From a bacterium (GTDB lineage Bacteria; Planctomycetota; Planctomycetia; Pirellulales; UBA1268), in NCBI GenBank assembly GCA_029978085.1, contig JAPOJV010000001.1, positions 2,110 through 66,109 of the forward strand: DNA of 64,000 nucleotides. The letters are read 5' to 3'. Position numbers and translations under genes: made by a program. The notes below the pieces were generated by a model, which saw nothing but the letters and a program-made list of their open reading frames with translations, ran no database searches and was not told the origin of the DNA. Below are positions 62,004-64,000 of this stretch, in pieces; position 1 is the stretch's first letter, and each line of letters begins with the position of its first letter.

Positions 62004-62050
62004 GTAGGCCCGTTGCTCCGTGACGGGCTGCCCGTTGCGGAGCAACGGGC
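62004..62050. repeat. REP-like cluster 8
   Basis: GTAG (62004-62007) followed by GCCCGTTGCTCCGTGACGGGC, a hybrid of the two stem types, and then GCCCGTTGCGGAGCAACGGGC (62030-62050). Confidence 0.85.
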
Positions 62051-62173
62051 CTCCAGTGGGCTGGCGTTCAGCCCCGTGGCGTTCGCCAGACAGGATGGCG
62101 AATGTCTTCGATCTCGCGATCAAGCGGATCGAACGAGATGCAGGAGCCGACACGCCGACGTCCCGAGCGGCGG

Positions 62174-62590
62174 TCAGAGCAGCCGGGCAAGACAGGCTGC
62201 GAAGCGGTCGAAGTCCACGAGGTGGCTCTGCAGGTAATCGGCGACGAGAGCGTCGTCGATGTGCCAATACACGTGGACCAGCCGATTGCGGAATCGGGCC
62301 ATAGCCCGCAACGAGTCCTCCATGTCAGGCGGACAAATCCCTCGCTCGACGAGCACGGTGAAGGCATCGGCGCTGTCGCTCGGCGAGCGAAACCGCTCGG
62401 ACGCAATCACGTGGCAGGCCACATCGAGGCAACATTCGATCGCAACGACGAAGTGATACTTCGCGCTTGCCACTTTGTCGGGATCCGCCAGCAACTGAGC
62501 GGCGGGGATCGCAGCCAATCTCCGGAGTTCGCCGACATAGCCCGCCAGCAGCCCGAGCAGTGTGTCACACTTCGCCCGGTCCACCATCAT
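62174..62590 (-). CDS. hepT: HepT-type HEPN (DUF86) toxin
   Basis: RFRNRLVHVYW (R-x4-H HEPN motif), 138 aa. 4-nt overlap with the upstream mntA. Confidence 0.85.
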   Translation of the reverse strand: MMVDRAKCDTLLGLLAGYVGELRRLAAIPAAQLLADPDKVASAKYHFVVAIECCLDVACHVIASERFRSPSDSADAFTVLVERGICPPDMEDSLRAMARFRNRLVHVYWHIDDALVADYLQSHLVDFDRFAACLARLL

Positions 62591-63030
62591 CGGCTTGGCT
62601 CCCCGGCGGCGAGGCCAGCTGCTGCAAAGCTGGTGAGTCTTGCTTCATGAAAGCACTGGATGCGCGGCCGTTCATCGAACCACCGGACCATCAGCTCTCG
62701 CTCGAGCGTGACGCGGGCCGTTTCATCAGTGCAATGAAGTCGACACCCTCGTTCCAGCACCCGCGCCCGCCACTCGAGCGGCGCCTGGCCGAGATTCCGC
62801 AGGTCCACGTCCACGCCGAGCCGTCGCGAAAGGCGATCCGCCAGAATCATTTCCTCGGCCACCGGCAACGCCCCGGGGGTGGCGAGGTAATAACCGATGT
62901 CGAGATCACTGTCGGGAGTCGCGCCGCCCTCGATGCGACTTCCGTAGGCGTAGGACAGGAACACGGACGTGCCGCGAAACACGTGCTCGCATGCTTTGGA
63001 TGCTGTATCGATGATGGCGGCTTGATCCAT
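62587..63030 (-). CDS. mntA: MntA-type minimal nucleotidyltransferase antitoxin
   Basis: ORF 62587..63090 trimmed to ATG 63030 (MDQAAIIDTA...). YGSRIEGGATPDSDLDIGY (GS-x9-DxD). Confidence 0.82.
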   Translation of the reverse strand: MDQAAIIDTASKACEHVFRGTSVFLSYAYGSRIEGGATPDSDLDIGYYLATPGALPVAEEMILADRLSRRLGVDVDLRNLGQAPLEWRARVLERGCRLHCTDETARVTLERELMVRWFDERPRIQCFHEARLTSFAAAGLAAGEPSR

Positions 63031-63098
63031 ACGGCTGATTCTATATCCACTCGCCCGCCCCGCGCAAGACAGGCTGCGCGGGACGGGCAATCATGGAT

Positions 63099-63569
63099 TT
63101 ACTTCGCGGCCTTCAGTTCGGCCACCTCTGCCTCGAGCTTTGCGATCCGCTCCTCCATCTCCTTGAACTTCGCGCGGGCCTTCTCCATCCGTTCCTTCAT
63201 CTCGGGCGACATCTCACCCCACATCGGGCCCGGGCCGGGACCGAATCCAGGGCCGGAATGATGGCGATGGCCGTGCGGCGGACGGCCATGTCGCATGTCG
63301 CCATGCTCGCCGCGCGGATGGTCACCGTCGTGCGGGGGGCGACGATGCGGGGGCCGGTCATGCGGGGGCGGCCCGCCGTGCTCCATCCGCTCGACCACGC
63401 GGCCGAGCTTCTCCACGATCCGATCGAGCCGGTCGAGGGAGTCGCCGCCACCCGATCGATCGTATGCGGGAGCATCGTCGTCGGCCCGCACCACCCGCAG
63501 CCGATCCGCCGCCACGAGCAGGCCCACACCACAGCCGGCCACGGCCAGCCACTTCCAGAATGTATTCAT
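63099..63569 (-). CDS. Secreted His/Pro-rich protein with a C-terminal coiled coil
   Basis: Signal/TM segment MNTFWKWLAVAGCGVGLLVAA. HGGPPPHDRPPHRRPPHDGDHPRGEHGDMRHGRPPHGHRHH. C-terminal EMKERMEKARAKFKEMEERIAKLEAEVAELKAAK. Confidence 0.6.
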   Translation of the reverse strand: MNTFWKWLAVAGCGVGLLVAADRLRVVRADDDAPAYDRSGGGDSLDRLDRIVEKLGRVVERMEHGGPPPHDRPPHRRPPHDGDHPRGEHGDMRHGRPPHGHRHHSGPGFGPGPGPMWGEMSPEMKERMEKARAKFKEMEERIAKLEAEVAELKAAK

Positions 63570-63646
63570 CGGAGTTCTCCTCGAGAGTAGATAGAGAAGG
63601 GATTCAAGGCTCCTCGCCGGCCGGCCAGTATGCTGTGCCCACCATC

Positions 63647-64000
63647 ATGAACGGCCCGGCCCACCGAAAGTTTCGCGACCCCGCCCTCGCCGATTTCGGC
63701 GTGGATTCCGCGGGATGCGGCCGCCGGCTGGAGCGGCTGGGCGGCGTGCTGGTCAACCGCCCCCTGCCCCAGACCACGGCCCGCCGAGCCCTGTCTTCTC
63801 TCTGGCAGGATGCCGCCGCCGTCTTCACGGGCACCGGCACGGCCGGCGTCGGCGACGGCCGCTGGGAACTCGCCGGCGACATTCCCGAACCGTGGCTCGT
63901 GTCGCTGCCGGTGGGCACGGCGACGCTCAGGCTCGAGGTGAAGCCGGCCGCCTCCGGACAGATCGGCGTGTTTCTCGAACAGGCCGAGCAGTGGCAGTGG
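63647..64000 (+). CDS. Putative SAM-dependent methyltransferase, N-terminal part (runs off the right edge)
   Basis: Absent from the ORF track because there is no stop. My translation from ATG 63647 reads MNGPAHRKFRDPALADFGVDSAGCGRRLERLGGVLVNRP...LRLEVKPAASGQIGVFLEQAEQWQW. The final block resembles the h.tGlFpEQ..nW motif preceding the SAM-binding fold in RlmI/YwbD-like methyltransferases. Open to the window edge with GC3-rich codon usage. Confidence 0.4.
   Translation, partial: MNGPAHRKFRDPALADFGVDSAGCGRRLERLGGVLVNRPLPQTTARRALSSLWQDAAAVFTGTGTAGVGDGRWELAGDIPEPWLVSLPVGTATLRLEVKPAASGQIGVFLEQAEQWQW

Overview
High-GC (roughly two-thirds G+C) bacterial chromosome segment. The gene content suggests Planctomycetota: a YTV-repeat protein, many Tat-signal Gfo/Idh/MocA oxidoreductases, DUF1080 and ThuA. 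This lineage call is an inference. Coding density is high, and most long ORFs antisense to the genes called here are GC artefacts. The main content is as follows. (1) A complete 14-gene NADH:quinone oxidoreductase operon, nuoA-N (1841-17010), followed directly by an Mrp/ApbC Fe-S carrier ATPase. (2) A small toxin-antitoxin island (vapBC, a HicB-like/MNT fusion plus HEPN, and an adhesin gene fragment) lying between an M50 protease gene and lpxB. (3) Housekeeping genes: an MFS transporter, a TlpA-like redoxin, thiE, clpC and an MlaEFD-like transporter. (4) Cyanophycin synthetase cphA, divergent from an ABC exporter and a DUF1854 gene. (5) A DNA topoisomerase VI subunit B gene with no subunit A gene beside it. 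(6) A seven-gene minus-strand operon of periplasmic oxidoreductases, DUF1080, a NagB-LmbE fusion and a TIM-barrel isomerase, with a divergent AraC regulator. (7) A second TA pair, mntA/hepT. (8) Partial genes at both window edges; neither is in the ORF track. Two non-coding repeat families stand out. The first is a set of about 20 GTAG-headed palindromes (REP-like) in eight clusters, all at gene 3' ends and all in the right half of the window. The second is a 21-25-bp-arm inverted repeat with the conserved core AAAGGTGCCAGCCACC. It is present three times, each time between co-directional genes. One copy fills the only gap in the nuo operon, and another encodes part of a signal peptide. No rRNA, tRNA, CRISPR array or transposase gene was recognised.
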